Origin: Vicugna vicugna
Taxonomy: Eukaryota
Length of the DNA stretch: 64,000 bases
Assembly (NCBI GenBank): GCA_013265495.1
Contig: MU058384.1
Coordinates: forward strand, 495,622-559,621
Direction of reading: 5' to 3'
Both the position numbers and the translations under genes were made by a program. Shown one piece after another: positions 13,780-27,134 of the stretch. How positions within the stretch are numbered: the first letter of the stretch is position 1; each line of letters starts with the position of its first letter. The notes under the pieces were generated by a model that saw only the letters and a list, made by a program, of their open reading frames with translations, was not told where the DNA came from and did not search any database.

Positions 13780-14280
13780 CCTGAAGTGTTTTAGCAAGAC
13801 TTTCTAATACCTTACATAATTAAAAATGAACATGCCTTTGACAGCAGTTGTTCTTCTCTAAAGATATCACAGATTTACTCATCAATTTTAAAAATGATAT
13901 ATGTCCAAGCTTATTACAGCTTTGTATGCAATTATAAATTATTAGAAATACCTCAAAAGTCCATCAAAATAGACTTGACATTGATTTATATGATGAGATA
14001 TGTTCCCATAAAAAGTAGGAGGAAAATTATCTTAACTGTATGATAGAAAATATGCAGGATACGTTACATAAGTTATAATAGACTATGATTGTGGGATATT
14101 AGCATAAGAATTGGGGGAATATGTTTATGTGTGTATATAAAAGATTACTGGGGAATGCAAAATTAACCACAACATTAGTTACCTCAGGATCTGGAACTTA
14201 GGTGTATGGAGATCAGATCTAGGAGAGTTTTTCACTCCCCATTCACTAACTTTTGAATTTTGAAATAAGTAAGTATAAAG
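13780..14280 (+). mobile_element. Old L1 (L1ME4-like) 3' fragment
   Basis: 'aaaatgaacatgcctttgacagcag', 'aaagtccatcaaaatagac', 'acattagttacctcagg'. Confidence 0.55.
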
Positions 14281-14461
14281 CTCCTCGCATAATGAAACCT
14301 TAATGTTCAAAGAAACGTTACCTCAAAAAAGTCTCATATGAGCTAAATGGGACACTTGATTTTATTGAAGGTATATTCTCCTGGAAAGTGAAAGAAAGGA
14401 TAAAGCATGTGAAAAGCAATTTAGAAAACAGATTTAGAATTTACGGTATTAACAATTTTCT

Positions 14462-14592
14462 TACAAGGAAAACAGTCAAATTGGATTAGAATCCAGCCTA
14501 ATGACCTCAGTTTAGCCTGTTCAGTTCTTTAAAGGCTCTATCTCTAAATACAGTCACATTTTTTGATACTGGGGATTAGGACTTCAACACAA
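14462..14592 (-). mobile_element. MLT1B/C LTR fragment
   Basis: 'cagtcaaattggattag...ctaatgacctcagtttagc...ctatctctaaatacagtcacatt...tactggggattaggacttcaaca'. Confidence 0.75.
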
Positions 14593-14594
14593 TT

Positions 14595-15200
14595 CTAAAG
14601 TTCTTATGGGACAGGTCATTAGTAGCCAAGAATAATTTTAAAATGAAAAAAATGGGAGAAACATAATCTAACAGCCACAAACCATATTTTACACGATAGT
14701 AAATTTACAAATGGAATTGTATTTGTACAGGAAAAGATGAATATAATTTGAGTGTGTAATTTAAGAAAAAGATTTACATTTCATACCCGTAGAAGGAAAG
14801 ATAAATTATTTATAAATGGGTTGAATGAAATTCGGTGTCTATTAAAAATGATTTAAATTCCTTCTTCAGAACAAAACTTCAAGGCTAAAAGTGTTAATGT
14901 AGAAAAATAAATACTACGAATATAGTAAAAAATTATATAGCAAACCATTAAATTGTGATGTAAAGAGGGCCTATCTAATTTAGATTATTCTTAGTAGCAA
15001 TAAGGAAAAGATTTCTATAATTAGTGGGAATAAAAACTTTTATACTGCAAAATACACATTAAGTAAAAATTTAATACAAAAATTAATGGGCAATATTTGC
15101 CTTATACTTAGCAGGTAAGATTTCATAAGAATGTAAAAATAGTTCCCATAAGTTTAAATATGTACATTTTTAAAGTATATAAAATATATAAAATGATTTC
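14595..15200 (+). mobile_element. Highly decayed L1 ORF2 fragment
   Basis: A-rich sequence with L1 ORF2-like remnants such as 'tagccaagaataattttaaaatgaa' and 'aaaaacttttatactgcaaaa'. Confidence 0.45.
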
Positions 15201-15439
15201 AAACTCCAACAGTGATTTACCTTTGAGGAAAGGAGAGATTAAATGGTAGTGTGAAAAGAGATTGTGTGTTTCCTCCATATTGACTGGACTTTGTGCAGTA
15301 AAGATCCTCTTGTATCAGATAAAGTTTGAAGCCCTTTTGAAGATTAGGTCTCAGGCATCCTGTGTCAGAGTAGGAAAGAGCCATGAGAGTGTGATGTGCT
15401 AATACTGGTTCTGTAGAGCTAAAGTCAACAGTTATTATG

Positions 15440-15590
15440 GGCAAAGGTGTGGGGATGAGTTTAAAGCCAGACAGTGAAGGTATTTATACTAAATTCTCTA
15501 TAGATATATGGGAAGTCACTGAATGTTGTTGAAGAGGAAGGATAAAATAATTAGATTTGTGTTTTGGAGAGATCATTTTGACTGGGGATA
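15440..15590 (-). mobile_element. L2 fragment
   Basis: 'atgggaagtcactgaatgttgttgaagagg...agatttgtgttttggagagatcattttgactg'. Confidence 0.65.
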
Positions 15591-18479
15591 TTTAAGATAT
15601 AAAGGTAAATTATGCAGGATCTTGGTTTCCGGTAACTTGTCTCTGGCCCCAGTGCCGGAAGAGCTCACTGTCTAGTGACACAGACAAATTACAACACAAA
15701 GCAGAAGTATTCAGATATTTAGAAACAAAGGATCGACTGGCAGACTTGGCCTAGGGAAAGCATCACAGACAGAATGACTGTTTATCTAAACATGTATATT
15801 TAGTTGGTGAGCTACCGTTTTAGTTGTGTGCGATCAAACAGAAATCTTGAATCAAGGTGCCACAGATCAGGAACATGAAAATATGAATATTCCATGGTGA
15901 TGTGATTTGATGTTTTGGTGTATATGTAATCATTTTACTATTTTGTTTGTATGGGTTTAGAAATTCTACTTCCTAAATTTGCCTTAAGCATGTTTGAAAT
16001 AGTTGAGCAATAAAAATATAACTACTAGACTCAAGGATTGCATATATGATAACATAAAATGAAGTTTATATTATTTAGAAATAAAAAAGAACGACTAGAA
16101 AAAGCAAGACTGTTTCCTTATCATTTTTTTCTTTTAAAAACACAGTGTTTATTTCAAATTAAGTGAAACTTAAAAATGGACATATGGGATGGTAATGTCT
16201 ATTGTTAGAACATTGAATGTGTACAAAATTGATTTTTATCTACTCTCTGCTTATCTACTTTTATATTAACATTTACCATGAGTTTCAATATCTGATGGGA
16301 AAAAAGCTATATATTGAAGCAAAATTACAATTTTCTTGACATGCTTTCAAAGCAATATTCTAGCTTTTTATATTCACCCCCAACTTTAAGGTCCAAATCA
16401 ATAAAAAGTAAATAGGAAAATTACATTAATATAGACAAATGTATGCAATTTGTCTAGTTGTTGTACATATATGTATGCATTGCATAATTTTAAACTGTGG
16501 GTTTTATAATATAATTGGTTAATATTAATCAGAGGTCTCAGTTTAAAAGTCATTTGAAATGCATCATATGTGCATTGTTTTCACATTTATAGAATTAGAG
16601 AAAGATGTTATATAAGACATAATGAAAGACATAAGAAATTTAACAATTTTTTCACAAAGTAAAGTCAGTGATTAAAAGAACTCCTCAAGATTATTTCCTT
16701 TTGGAGTGAGATGCTTGGTGGAGAAAGGGTCAGATATTAAAATGGAAAATAAAATGCTATTTATGTTTTCTGCAAGATTAAAACACTATGTGAAATTCTT
16801 ACATATGATTTTTATTTCTGTTACAATCTTATATTGCTTTTTATCTTGTATGTTCAAAATGATCTAGTTCAAGTTGTTTTTTTTTCCTGTTTTCAGGTGA
16901 ATAAATTATATGTGATAGTTGGATCTCCTATAGCTATGCAGCAAAAATATAAAAATCCTATTTTCTGTTAAAGATTGTGTGATAGGTGTTTTAAATAAGT
17001 GTATGCACACATTTTTTAATGTGTGGAAATTCTGCATTCATTTTCACTTTGAAATAGTCATCTATTCACATTTTCTCTACTTTTGTTACTTTTGAACTAA
17101 TTTGCATAAAGCATGAAAGTTTCCCAGCTGTTCAGTGGCATACATTATTTTCTGCTTTCAAAGAAAGTACGTTATAGTTTCTGTTCTTATTTTAGTATCT
17201 ATTTTATTAAATTTAAAATTAAAATAACAAATAACAAATGAACCAGTAGATGATTAGAACCAGTGGATGCTTAGAATGAGGGAAGGTGAGAAGTCAAACT
17301 CAAAGTGTAGAACTCAAGAACTTTATGAAATTTAATTGCATAGTAAATGCATTCTTCTAATGGTAGCATACTGTCCCAAATATGTCACAGAAAAGTCATT
17401 AACTATGATAGAAAAAATGTTTGCAAATAAAAATCATCATGACAAGATAGATAAAAAATTTCAAAAAATTTTTGTTTCCCAGTTTTTAGGACTTGAGTCT
17501 TACTAAACAAATAAGTAGCAAGCAAGTAAACTGAATATAATTGAACAAATGAGACTAGACTATAAACCAATTTCATTTTGAATTAACTGTGTTAGGCATC
17601 AATTTCATAACTCTTGACTAGTAATACGTATTTGATTTCTGACACAACATATTTGTTAGAATTTCAGCATTTAGAAGGAAAAAAATGCCATAGTTAAATA
17701 TGCTTATCTTACTAACTTGAAATAGTATATATTTCCAAAGGGGAAAAAGCACTTTTTCAGGTCTCTTTATGTTGAATTTATTTGTAAACTAATTTTCATT
17801 TTATATAAATTCTATTGGAAAATCTCAACCATTCTGAATTGAAAGCAGCAGTCAACAGTTTCTGCCAGTTTTATCATAGACAGTTTTGTATATGGAAAGT
17901 TATTCCCAGAATCACAAATGAACATAAAGGTAAAATTATAATTAAGAGCAATAGTCACTTGTAAATTTTTCTATGTGAAACTCATAGGGAAATGGCAGTT
18001 TTTTGTTTTATTTGATCCAGTAATCTGCAAGGACATAAAATGTTCCTCCTGAAACCATTTTGAGATATTGGTACTCTTAGCTAATCTGGTCAAGTTCTTT
18101 AAAAACATAAAATTTGTGTCCAGTAACTTTTTTTGCTAGAAATTTCAGAATGACAGTTCATGGTTCATAAGATTTACAGTCCTTTACAATCTGTTCCCCA
18201 TTGCAAGAATTATTAGGCATTTCTCATGGGTGGATTTTGTAAAATTATACCAAATAAGTGCTTTAAGAAAATTATAAATGTGTATGTGTACAATTTATGA
18301 AATGGTGTCATATATCTAAGCATCAAAAAATCATACATGATATTATTTCAGAGCCAACATATCAGAAAAAATTGAATCTAATGATGAGTTCTGTATAATT
18401 ATATATTGGAAATGCTTATTATACTCAAAGAAGATTTTATATACAAACTGTATATGTATAAAATAAATGTATATGTATA

Positions 18480-19320
18480 TAGATTTATATATAGAGAGAA
18501 CAAAATAGAGGCATAGAGATAGAGAATAAGAGTAAGATGGATCCTCAAAACAGTACAAGTAAAAAAAAAATTACCCAAGAACAGACAAATTGGAATTTGA
18601 CTCTGTAGCAAAGGATGCCACTTGGATTTGTTGTAAAATAAAATCTATGAATCATACTAATAAAAATACAATTTCTTATTAACCAAGAATGTCAGTTCTA
18701 CTGTATATAAGGAAATATACATGAATATGGGGGGAATCAGAGTTACATAAAATCATCATTGGTATCTAAAGAGAGTGATTGAAAGTTTGAGAAATACAGT
18801 CTCAAAATATCTCCCGACATATTGCTCACAAGCTAGAAAGGCTGAGGTAATAAATTCTTCTGGCAAAAGATTAAGGCAAAGAATTAGAGTTTGTACCTCT
18901 TCTATTTAAAATTTTACTGCTGATTCTAGCCATTATAATAAGGCAATAGAAAATGACATAAGGATTAGAAAGAGGTAAAATGAGCTTTCTTCTAAGATGA
19001 CGTGATTGTTTAAGAAAATCCTAAGGAATCCATAAAACAACTACTGATCTGGATATTTGCAGTGTCTGCTCAAATTCTTTGGCCATGTGTTATTTGCTTT
19101 GATTTACCTTTTTTTTTTTAACTTTGGATGTTCATTATATATTCTGGATATAAGTCTGTCATAAAATATATGATTGGCAAATATTTTAATCCAGTTTGTG
19201 GGTAGTGTTTTTTTTTTTCTTTTTTTCCTCTCCCTAACAGTGCCTTTAGAAAAAACAGTTCTCCTCTTTCTTATGAATTTCAATTTATCAGTTCATATCC
19301 AAGTAGTATTTGCTTACCAA
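18480..19320. mobile_element. Cluster of old L1 fragments (+ strand 18480-19045, - strand 19060-19320)
   Basis: 18980-19030 resembles the decayed L1 RT 'LFADDMIVYLENPKES' region on +; 19060-19320 is antisense ORF2 ('tatattctggatataagtc...gattggcaaatatttt'). Confidence 0.55.
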
Positions 19321-19379
19321 AACTCAAGATGAAATAGATTTATACTTACTAGTGAATTCTGAGTGACTGATGTATTGTC

Positions 19380-20320
19380 TATAATACTATTAGAGGACAC
19401 ATAGTTGAGTGGGAGTAATTTAGTTTTTGACATGAAATGTTTGTGTTAACCCAGAAGTAAGAAAGGTATCTCAATCAAAAAGCAGTTGCATATTGGAATT
19501 TTGAAGTCAAAGGTAAAGGTTAATAATACCCATTTTCAAAGCCATGGGGGTATAAAAAAGATGATTCAGGAAGACATTTTTGAGAGAAAATACGATAAAT
19601 CATTGAAATTACAATATTTTAAAATACAGATGGAAGGAGACACATAAAGGAAAAATGATAAGGGAAGGAAAAAAAGATAGGATCAAGTTATGACACAAAA
19701 ATCCAAAGGAGGGAAGAGTTGACAATTTAAGAAAACATTGAATGTGTAAAATGCTATAAAGAGGTCAATGAAAGAATGAAATAGAAGGATTATTAGAACA
19801 ATGGTTAAGTCTCTAACTTGATCAAGATCACTTTAGCATTTGAGGAGAAGGAATAGAAGCCAGAGATTAGGTTAAGAAGAAATATGAAGGATGGATGTGT
19901 AGGCAATGTACATAGATTAAATTTCAAAACACTTGGATTAAAAGAAGTAAACAGAATCATAGCCTGAAGATCAAGGGAGCTTTTTGTTCATGAAAGAAGA
20001 GAAGGCTTCATGGGAAGGAAGGAGATCACAGTGTGAGGATTTAAATGTAACAGTGTCTGGGAGGAGGCCAAAGAGCATAGGATCTAGAACTTTGTTGGAG
20101 AGGGTTATTTTGCTAAGGGATAAGAAAGTGACTTGGAAAGAAGGAAGAAATTAGGGGTAGATTCAGATAAGTTGGTAGATAGAGGACTGGAAAATGCAGT
20201 GGGTAAGCCCTTGTGTGACAGGTCATTACAAAGTGGAGAGGTGCTGGGCACAGTCGTAGAAGGAAGGGTATTCAAACTATGGAGTTGGTACCGCAGACAC
20301 AGCATAGGGAGCTGGTTCTA
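19380..20320 (-). mobile_element. L2 fragment(s)
   Basis: Long purine-rich tract with antisense L2 motifs ('aaatgctataaagaggtcaatgaaagaatg', 'gaagccagagattaggttaagaag'); boundaries approximate. Confidence 0.55.
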
Positions 20321-20326
20321 GATGTA

Positions 20327-20358
20327 AAACAAACAAACAAACAAACAAACAAACAAAC
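20327..20358 (+). repeat. (AAAC)8 microsatellite
   Basis: Direct reading. Confidence 0.95.
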
Positions 20359-20829
20359 AAAACCTGCTAAATGATTAGAACCCAGCTGACACTGATGAAC
20401 TTTTAATACATGGTTGTTTCAATACACCCAGACTTTTGGTTTTCTTGCCTAGCATTTAGGAACTTAAAATTCTATGTGGGGAGGAAAGATGAGGGCATTG
20501 ACTCATTTTGGAAGTGGTGGGGGTTGTGGAATTAACAAAAGGGCCAGGTTTGAGGAAGTGTGCCCTTAAGCTCTTCATTGTCTTGTAATTTTCTCAATTG
20601 CTCCATTTTAATGCAAAATCTAAGTTCAGCATCTTGGTGCTATAGTGAGAAATATCAGCCCATTGATCCTGAAAGAAAATAGTAAGGGCAACAGAAACTA
20701 GGAAAGTAAAGCAATATAATGGAAATATCGCTCCATTTTCCTTTCACAAGTTCTGTAAAATAGGCTAATATGGAGGTAGTAGCCACAAACTTAGATAATT
20801 GAATAAAAATAACAGTAGACCACTTTCAA

Positions 20830-22345
20830 TAAGAGCTTATTATGCCCATGTATTACAGTATTCCCTTGAAAATTTTAGGCTTGCAGTGGGTTAGTCACCC
20901 AGTTAACACAGTAAGCTTTCACTTTGAGCCTTCCATTTTAAAGTCCTCTCCCATGCTCTGGCACACCTCGTTCCCTGGAGCGCTAAGTAGGGTGTCTGGG
21001 CAAAAGAATGTGCCAATCTGAAGCCTTTACACTTTCCAGACCATGCCCCTGATACTGTGGAATATAGAATTCCCTTTCCACATGAGCCTTACCGTGCTGC
21101 TTCACCTTAAGTGGGCCTTTTGCTGATTCATGTTCTACAAGGTAGACTATGTTTTTAGTGGGTGTAACTGTAGGCATGTGTGGTGGCTGAGGATGGCTAA
21201 ATGCTGGCTGATTTAGGAGATGGGGCTGAGGAAATAGAACTTGGATGTGTGGGCTGGGGTGTCCATGCCCTTTGGGCCTCTCCTGCTATGAGGATAGAGC
21301 AAGATATGGAAAGAGCTATAGAGCAGGTCATACATGAAGGGCCTAAATTTGTACTCTTGTGCCAAATACCAACATATAAGGGCTATTCTAATTTGTTGAA
21401 TTTATTATACAGATAGAATTTATCACAATGAGTTGGAAACAGAGGCCCCATTGTTATCTAGTATGCACAGTATTTTTTGATATATCCATAGTGAGCTAGA
21501 GCTCACTTTGTGTTTAATTTGGATGCATCAATCACATCTTAACAGTGATACAGTGATAGCTCAGTGGTAGAGTCCCTGCTTAGCATGCATGAGGTACTGG
21601 GTTCAATTCCCAGTATCTCCATTAAAAAAATACAATAAAATAAATAAATAAACTTAGTGATTTCCCCTTCAAAAAAAAGCTTAAAAAAGAGTTTGAGGTT
21701 CAATTTAAAAAACCCACACCCCCCCAAAATGAAAAAGAAATATTTAAAAAAACAGGGATACAAAACAAACAAAATAATAAAGCATAATGTCCAGAAAAGT
21801 TCTAGTAGGATTATAAGGGACATAGGAAGTAACAAGCACATTTAGACAGTGAAAGAGAGAATATTCTATAGTATATATGGTCTTGGTTGTACTTAATGGG
21901 AATTCAGATTTATCTAGGTGAACTTGGGGTAATATTAGGACTGGTTGATTTCTACTCAGCAAGTTGCATTATGCGGTATGAATGTGTTTCAGATCATTAG
22001 GGAGAAAGAAGTATGCTTTCCTGGGGAGAAGGACTGAAATAATATGTGTAATGAACCTGATGTGATGGCATGATGAATCCTAGCCAGCCCGAGGGACAGT
22101 AGACAACTATCTGTTCCTCCTAGGAAGAGAGTTTTCATAGCTGTAGCTTTTACAGGTAGAATTTACAGAGGATTGTTGAAGTATTGTCAAAATAATCCCA
22201 AATGGCATCCCTGTATCAATGAAAAGCGTGAGGTTGAAAGGCCAGAGAAGATTTAAAAGAATGTCTTTTTCTTACTGCTACTACTGTTACTATTATTTTG
22301 AAATTCTGTTGGTTCAGAATGCAGAAGGAAGTTATTCTTCCATAG
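20830..22345 (+). pseudogene. Decayed retroviral env-like relic (putative F-glycoprotein-like/Ovex1-type), interrupted by a SINE
   Basis: Hand translation gives, in order: TVLLHLKWAF..DYVFSGC..WLI*EMGLRK*NLDVWAGVSMPFG, then RIEQDMERAIEQV, ELELTLCLIWMHQSHLNSDT..SIMSRKV, YSIYGLG/GIQIYLGELGV.GLVD..SC....EC....VC......MC, and VFFLLLLLLLL/ILKFCWFRMQK. Many stops and frameshifts; family assignment is from memory only. Confidence 0.4.
21553..21750 (+). mobile_element. tRNA-derived SINE (camelid Vic-1-like)
   Basis: A box 'tagctcagtgg', B box 'gggttcaattccc', A-rich tail; 12-bp TSD AACAG(T/G)GATACA at 21541-21552 and 21751-21762. Confidence 0.9.
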
Positions 22346-24799
22346 AAATAGCAGTGATGGACAAGGCGAAATAAAATTGGAAGATGAAAACATGTAGGAG
22401 AGGATGGTGGACAATCAAGCATGATGGATGGAGAACAGGGCATCCAGGCATAAGACTTGCACATGGAAACATATGGTACAGACTCTAAAGATGCCTCAGG
22501 ATACTTGGAGTGAAAATTTTTAATGAGTGTGAGATCCTCTGCCTTTTATAAATGGAAGCTCAAAACCCAGGAGTATTTTCTTACTATTATTAGTGTGACT
22601 TCATTTTTACTCACATAAGATGAGATCTCTTTGTTTCACAGATGAGGGGCTGATCTGTTCTGTAGGGCTCCAAATTACAAGGCTGGCACCAAATAACGGA
22701 AGCCATTTAAAGATTTTGGCAAAAGTGGTATTTTTGTTTTCTGATTATTTGAGCTGTTTCAAGATGGTCGTTAATAGGAAGTAAATCAACCAGAAGTGAG
22801 AAAACCATTTGGCAGGGATTTTATAAAGGGGATCCAGATGAAAACACAAAATAAATACTGACGCCTTTTATAAAATGTTTTGATTTTAGCAGGAAGTTTC
22901 ACATTCAATGTTCTTACATATTCAAAGAGAATGAAAAGAAGGTGGACATAGGAAAGATTCTGAGGATTTAAGCAAAATTGAGTAGAAACCAACAACTCAA
23001 TTTGATAGAGCTTTGTTAAAGTGTTTATTTAAAAACTATTCTATAAATTGTTAGCTCCCTCAGGAACCTCAAGAAAAGATAAAACTGCAGTAATCCTGGC
23101 AGGTTTTGTTCCTTATTTGGAAGAATGCCAATGTCTCTATTCATATAGTATCTTTCTTCATAAATCCCCATAACAGTCCTTCAAGAAAGTACAAAGGCAG
23201 TGTATTATTCCTCTAGCAAACACACAAGCCCCTGACACATGCACACACACACCAACTGGAAAATAGTTGAAATTTCATTAGAAAAGAATGTGGCTTCTAA
23301 ATAGGGTGATGGGTAAATGGTGGTAAATGAAATGTGTGCACTTTATATGTATGTAAGGGCTAATATTTGAAGAGGTAGCAGGTCAATTAACCAGGGGTTT
23401 CATTATTCAAAGAATGTCCATCTAATAGCAAGACTGGCATTTAACCCACATGTTAAGTCAGGAGTCTTACTAGTTTTCCCTGTTGCTTTTTCTGATCCAG
23501 TCTCTTACGAGTCTGTGCCTGGACATCTAACTGTATGTATATGGCTGACATATGTGTGACTGTTTGTACGTAGACAGAATTGAGGGAGTTGGAATTGGGC
23601 GAGAAAGAATGTTTCTACTTTCTGTGATGAGGGATTCTTTCTGGTATCTGGAGAATCTATTGAAGTTGATATATCGTTTCTTTTCTAGAATAAAGAATAA
23701 AACTGCTTGGAATGAAATATTTTTATTTGATGAAAATGAGAGTTTGCCTCTCTATATAGATGTAGATTATAAATCAACTTTTCTTTCTTTTCTCATGTGA
23801 TGTTGTCCTTAACTGTTGCCTTTACCTTTACTCTAGAAGAGGGAAAAATTAAAATGCATGATTGTTTCCAACACCAAATTTTTTTCTGATATCAAAGTCC
23901 TATCATTCAAAGAAGTATGTGGAAATTACTCTGTCCCTTTCATAATTATCTAAATGGCATTAGAAAAAAATAACTTTTTCTTCATAGGTAAAATTATGGT
24001 CTATTTTATTCCAAGCTTTCACAGAAAGTCTTGCATGTGCAAGTCAGCTCCTCGGAGCAGATCTCATTTACAATTCATGACATCTTTTCATCTCAATTAG
24101 TTTCAGTTCCTTTGCATTTTATTTCTTTAACTTTTAGACTTACAATCATTTAGCCCAAATTGCTATAATCTTATTCTCCCCTTGCCAGAAATCCTCCCTG
24201 TTCCTGAGAACACTTTATTTTTTCTTTTGTGAGATTGTTAAACTTAGATACGGATCTGAGTTAGTAGTCTACCAAGGAGGGAATGCGGCAAAAATTCCAT
24301 AAAGCTAACATACTGCGTTATTATATCACAGGTATATTCAGGTTACCTCTTACAACTCTTCCTTTCAAATTATGTCAATAATTTAACATTTTGAACATTT
24401 GCAATTTTATTTTATTGCATATAAACATGTATGGGAAGTGATTCTAATTTTTCCTATTCTTTTGGGGTTAGGCGTTACTTAGCCTTCTTTATCAATGTTA
24501 CTTATTTTGAATTACTGCATACATTTCTGTCCTCGATTTGTGAGTAGCAAGGTAAGTCGTAATACTGTTAGATTTTTAACATTCTGTTCTTACAAGCTTG
24601 TATTTTAAAAGGAGTTTGAGCCATATATATGCTTATGAAACTAAAATGGCCATTTTTCTCTTGAACCATAAACTGCTGATTCTACTTACCCAACTTTCCC
24701 TCCCACTGTTCTAACAGGGTCTCATCCTTTTAATCAGAATAGTACTTTACATTCGTATGCACACACGACAGATCTCTCCTTCCCTGGAGAACTGCCTGA

Positions 24800-25890
24800 C
24801 TCCCTCTTGTTTTCAAAATTACTAATTCAAGTATACAAACCTTTTACCACAGCCTTCTTCCTCCAGCTCCCTTGTACAACATCTGCACCAGGGCAGTCCT
24901 TCGATTTACAAAAGCTCTGCTCTCTAGTGACCCATTTGTTTTGCTATGACTCTTTCAGGTATTCACTCCCTGCTTTAAACAACTGAGGTTTTATTACCCA
25001 TGATATCGCTAACACTTCTATTAATAATACTTAAGCTTTGTTTCCCTTTATACACCCATTGGCAAAAACCCTCTGCCATCTGTTTCCTGGCCTCTTGCCT
25101 TTGAACCACCAAGCATGGCTGGAGGAACTTGTACAGATCTAGATCACTATCAATTTTTGATCTCCAACCTCAGAGTCTCAACTCTGTCCATCTTTTTGTT
25201 TCCTGATAAACTTTATTTCTTCCTCTGTTGAAGATTGTAAGCTTCAAACCACATCACCACTCTTTTCCCCTCCAAGTCCCCCTTCATCCTCTGTCTTGCT
25301 CTCCAAAGGCGAATTCATTTCTTCTCAAAGACAGTAGAAAGCACCCCCCTGGAGCATTCTCATCTCACTCCCAGATCTCCGGACTTGCCTATATTCCTTA
25401 TGTAAATGAGCTGTCTTGTTGGGATCACACGTGGGTGCTTTATAGACAACACACAGTCAGTGTGTTCAAGATCAGTCTCTTAATCAAACATCCATCCCTT
25501 CACTTAATTCGTTTAGCATTTCCCAACTCAGATGAAAACAACAGAATCTTTCCAGTTGCCCAAGTCTGAAACTTTGGAATCATTTCTGATGTCTTCCTCT
25601 TCCTTGACCCAATTTTCAATTTATAACCAAGTTTTGTAGATTTGAGTATTTAAAATCTCTTTTAGCACTATCCTCCTTCTATATTAAAAGCTTTTAAAAT
25701 GCAAAGAACAGAAATACCTTTTCCTTTTGCATTACAACACAGTCATTGTCCCTATGTATGTTCATTAACTATATTTTATTTTTCTCCAAGTGAGTTATGT
25801 TTCTAATAGCCTATCTTCCTAAATTATTTTTTACATTTCTCCTGCACCATCTAAAATCTGTATTTACATAGTGAGTATTTAACAAAGTCT
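24800..25890 (+). mobile_element. L2 fragment(s)
   Basis: 'gcatggctggaggaac', 'tttccagttgcccaagtctgaaactttggaatcatttctgatgtcttcctcttcc', 3'-end-like 'acatagtgagtatttaacaaagt'. Confidence 0.65.
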
Positions 25891-26864
25891 TGCCTTGTTC
25901 TAGAAGATATAATTAATAATATGTTAATGTGCTTTCCAATCATAATTATGATTTTTTATTGAATATGTTGCTTCCCTATTGATATTTTTGACACAACTGA
26001 ATATGTATTTGTATAATGTTATATATAAATAACTATATCAAATTAACATTGATCTTCATTTGTATTGGTAATACATGTCAGTGATATTTAAGACTTTGGC
26101 AAAATGTGGCCGCTTAATTGAGACTTTGTCACATGAGCACTCTTTAGTTATTTTTGTATCCTCTTGATATTTATTATACAATTATGTTATCTCGAATCTC
26201 AGCAGCTGAAATCATACTGTAAATTAAGTAGCCTTTTCTTTCAAAACAATAATTAGCTCATAGTAAATCTTGGCTTTAAAAAAAAATTTGAATTTGGTTC
26301 AAAGTAATAGAATTTTAGAAACTACCTTCCATTCTACTTCCGTGCATCATAAATATAACTCATTTATATTTGAGTTAATTATGGATATAAGTATGTAAGG
26401 AATTGTCTACTTTAAATATCAAAATTGATGTTTTGGAGAAATTTAAGTATGTGAATGCCACCAAAATACTTACAACTAATAAATGTCTTTACAAAAGTAA
26501 TGGAAAAACATTAAGGCCATCTGGAAATTATTCATTAGGTTAGGGAAGAAATTATATTTCCAACTTCTGTTGAATAAATTCCTGGCCTTTTTTCCTGGGA
26601 AAATATTATAACATTAGCTTAACCATAATATTTCTACAATTTTATATACTGCTCTTTTATATATTGTAAAATTACAATGTTTGCATTTTATTTCCTTAAA
26701 ATGTAAGTTGTCATTCACAGTATCCTTTATTTATATTTTACTGAAATTACATAGTTTACGAATAATGAGCTGAGGGCATTTAGGGTGTCATGACTAAACT
26801 AATTGAACAAATAATTTGAAGTGACCAATACAAAAAAGTTCAATATTATAGATTTTAAAATTTC

Positions 26865-27134
26865 TTTTTTTTCCTTTTTTATATTTTTTTTCATTGCGGA
26901 ATAGTCAGTTTACAATCTTGTGTCAATTTCTGGTGTACAGCACAATTCTTCAGTCATATAGGAACATACATATATTCATTTTCATATTCTTTTTCACCAT
27001 GAACTAATTACTACAAGATATTGATTATATTTCCCTGTGCGCTACAGTATAAACTTGTTCATCTGTTTTGTATATACCAGTCAGTATCTGCAAATCTCAA
27101 ACCCCAGTTTATCCCTTTCTACCCAACTCCCTGC
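26865..27134 (-). mobile_element. 5'-truncated camelid-type L1 3' end
   Basis: Poly-T then 'tagtcagtttacaatcttgtgtcaatttctggtgtacagcacaatt...cagtatctgcaaatctcaaac'; TSD AGATTTT(AA/TT)AATTTC at 26850-26864 and 27135-27149. Confidence 0.85.

Noticed and set aside
16870..16975. Strong plus-strand acceptor (poly-T..TTTCAG at 16896) followed by VNKLYVIVGSPIAMQQKYKNPIFC*
   Set aside because: No convincing donor or upstream partner exon and the peptide is unrecognised; poly-T plus CAG is common here.
18890..19320. Adjacent opposite-orientation L1 fragments as a possible twin-priming inversion
   Set aside because: The pieces are convergent and non-contiguous in L1 coordinates, with no TSD seen.
25228..25569. 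113-aa plus-strand ORF
   Set aside because: Lies within decayed L2 sequence.
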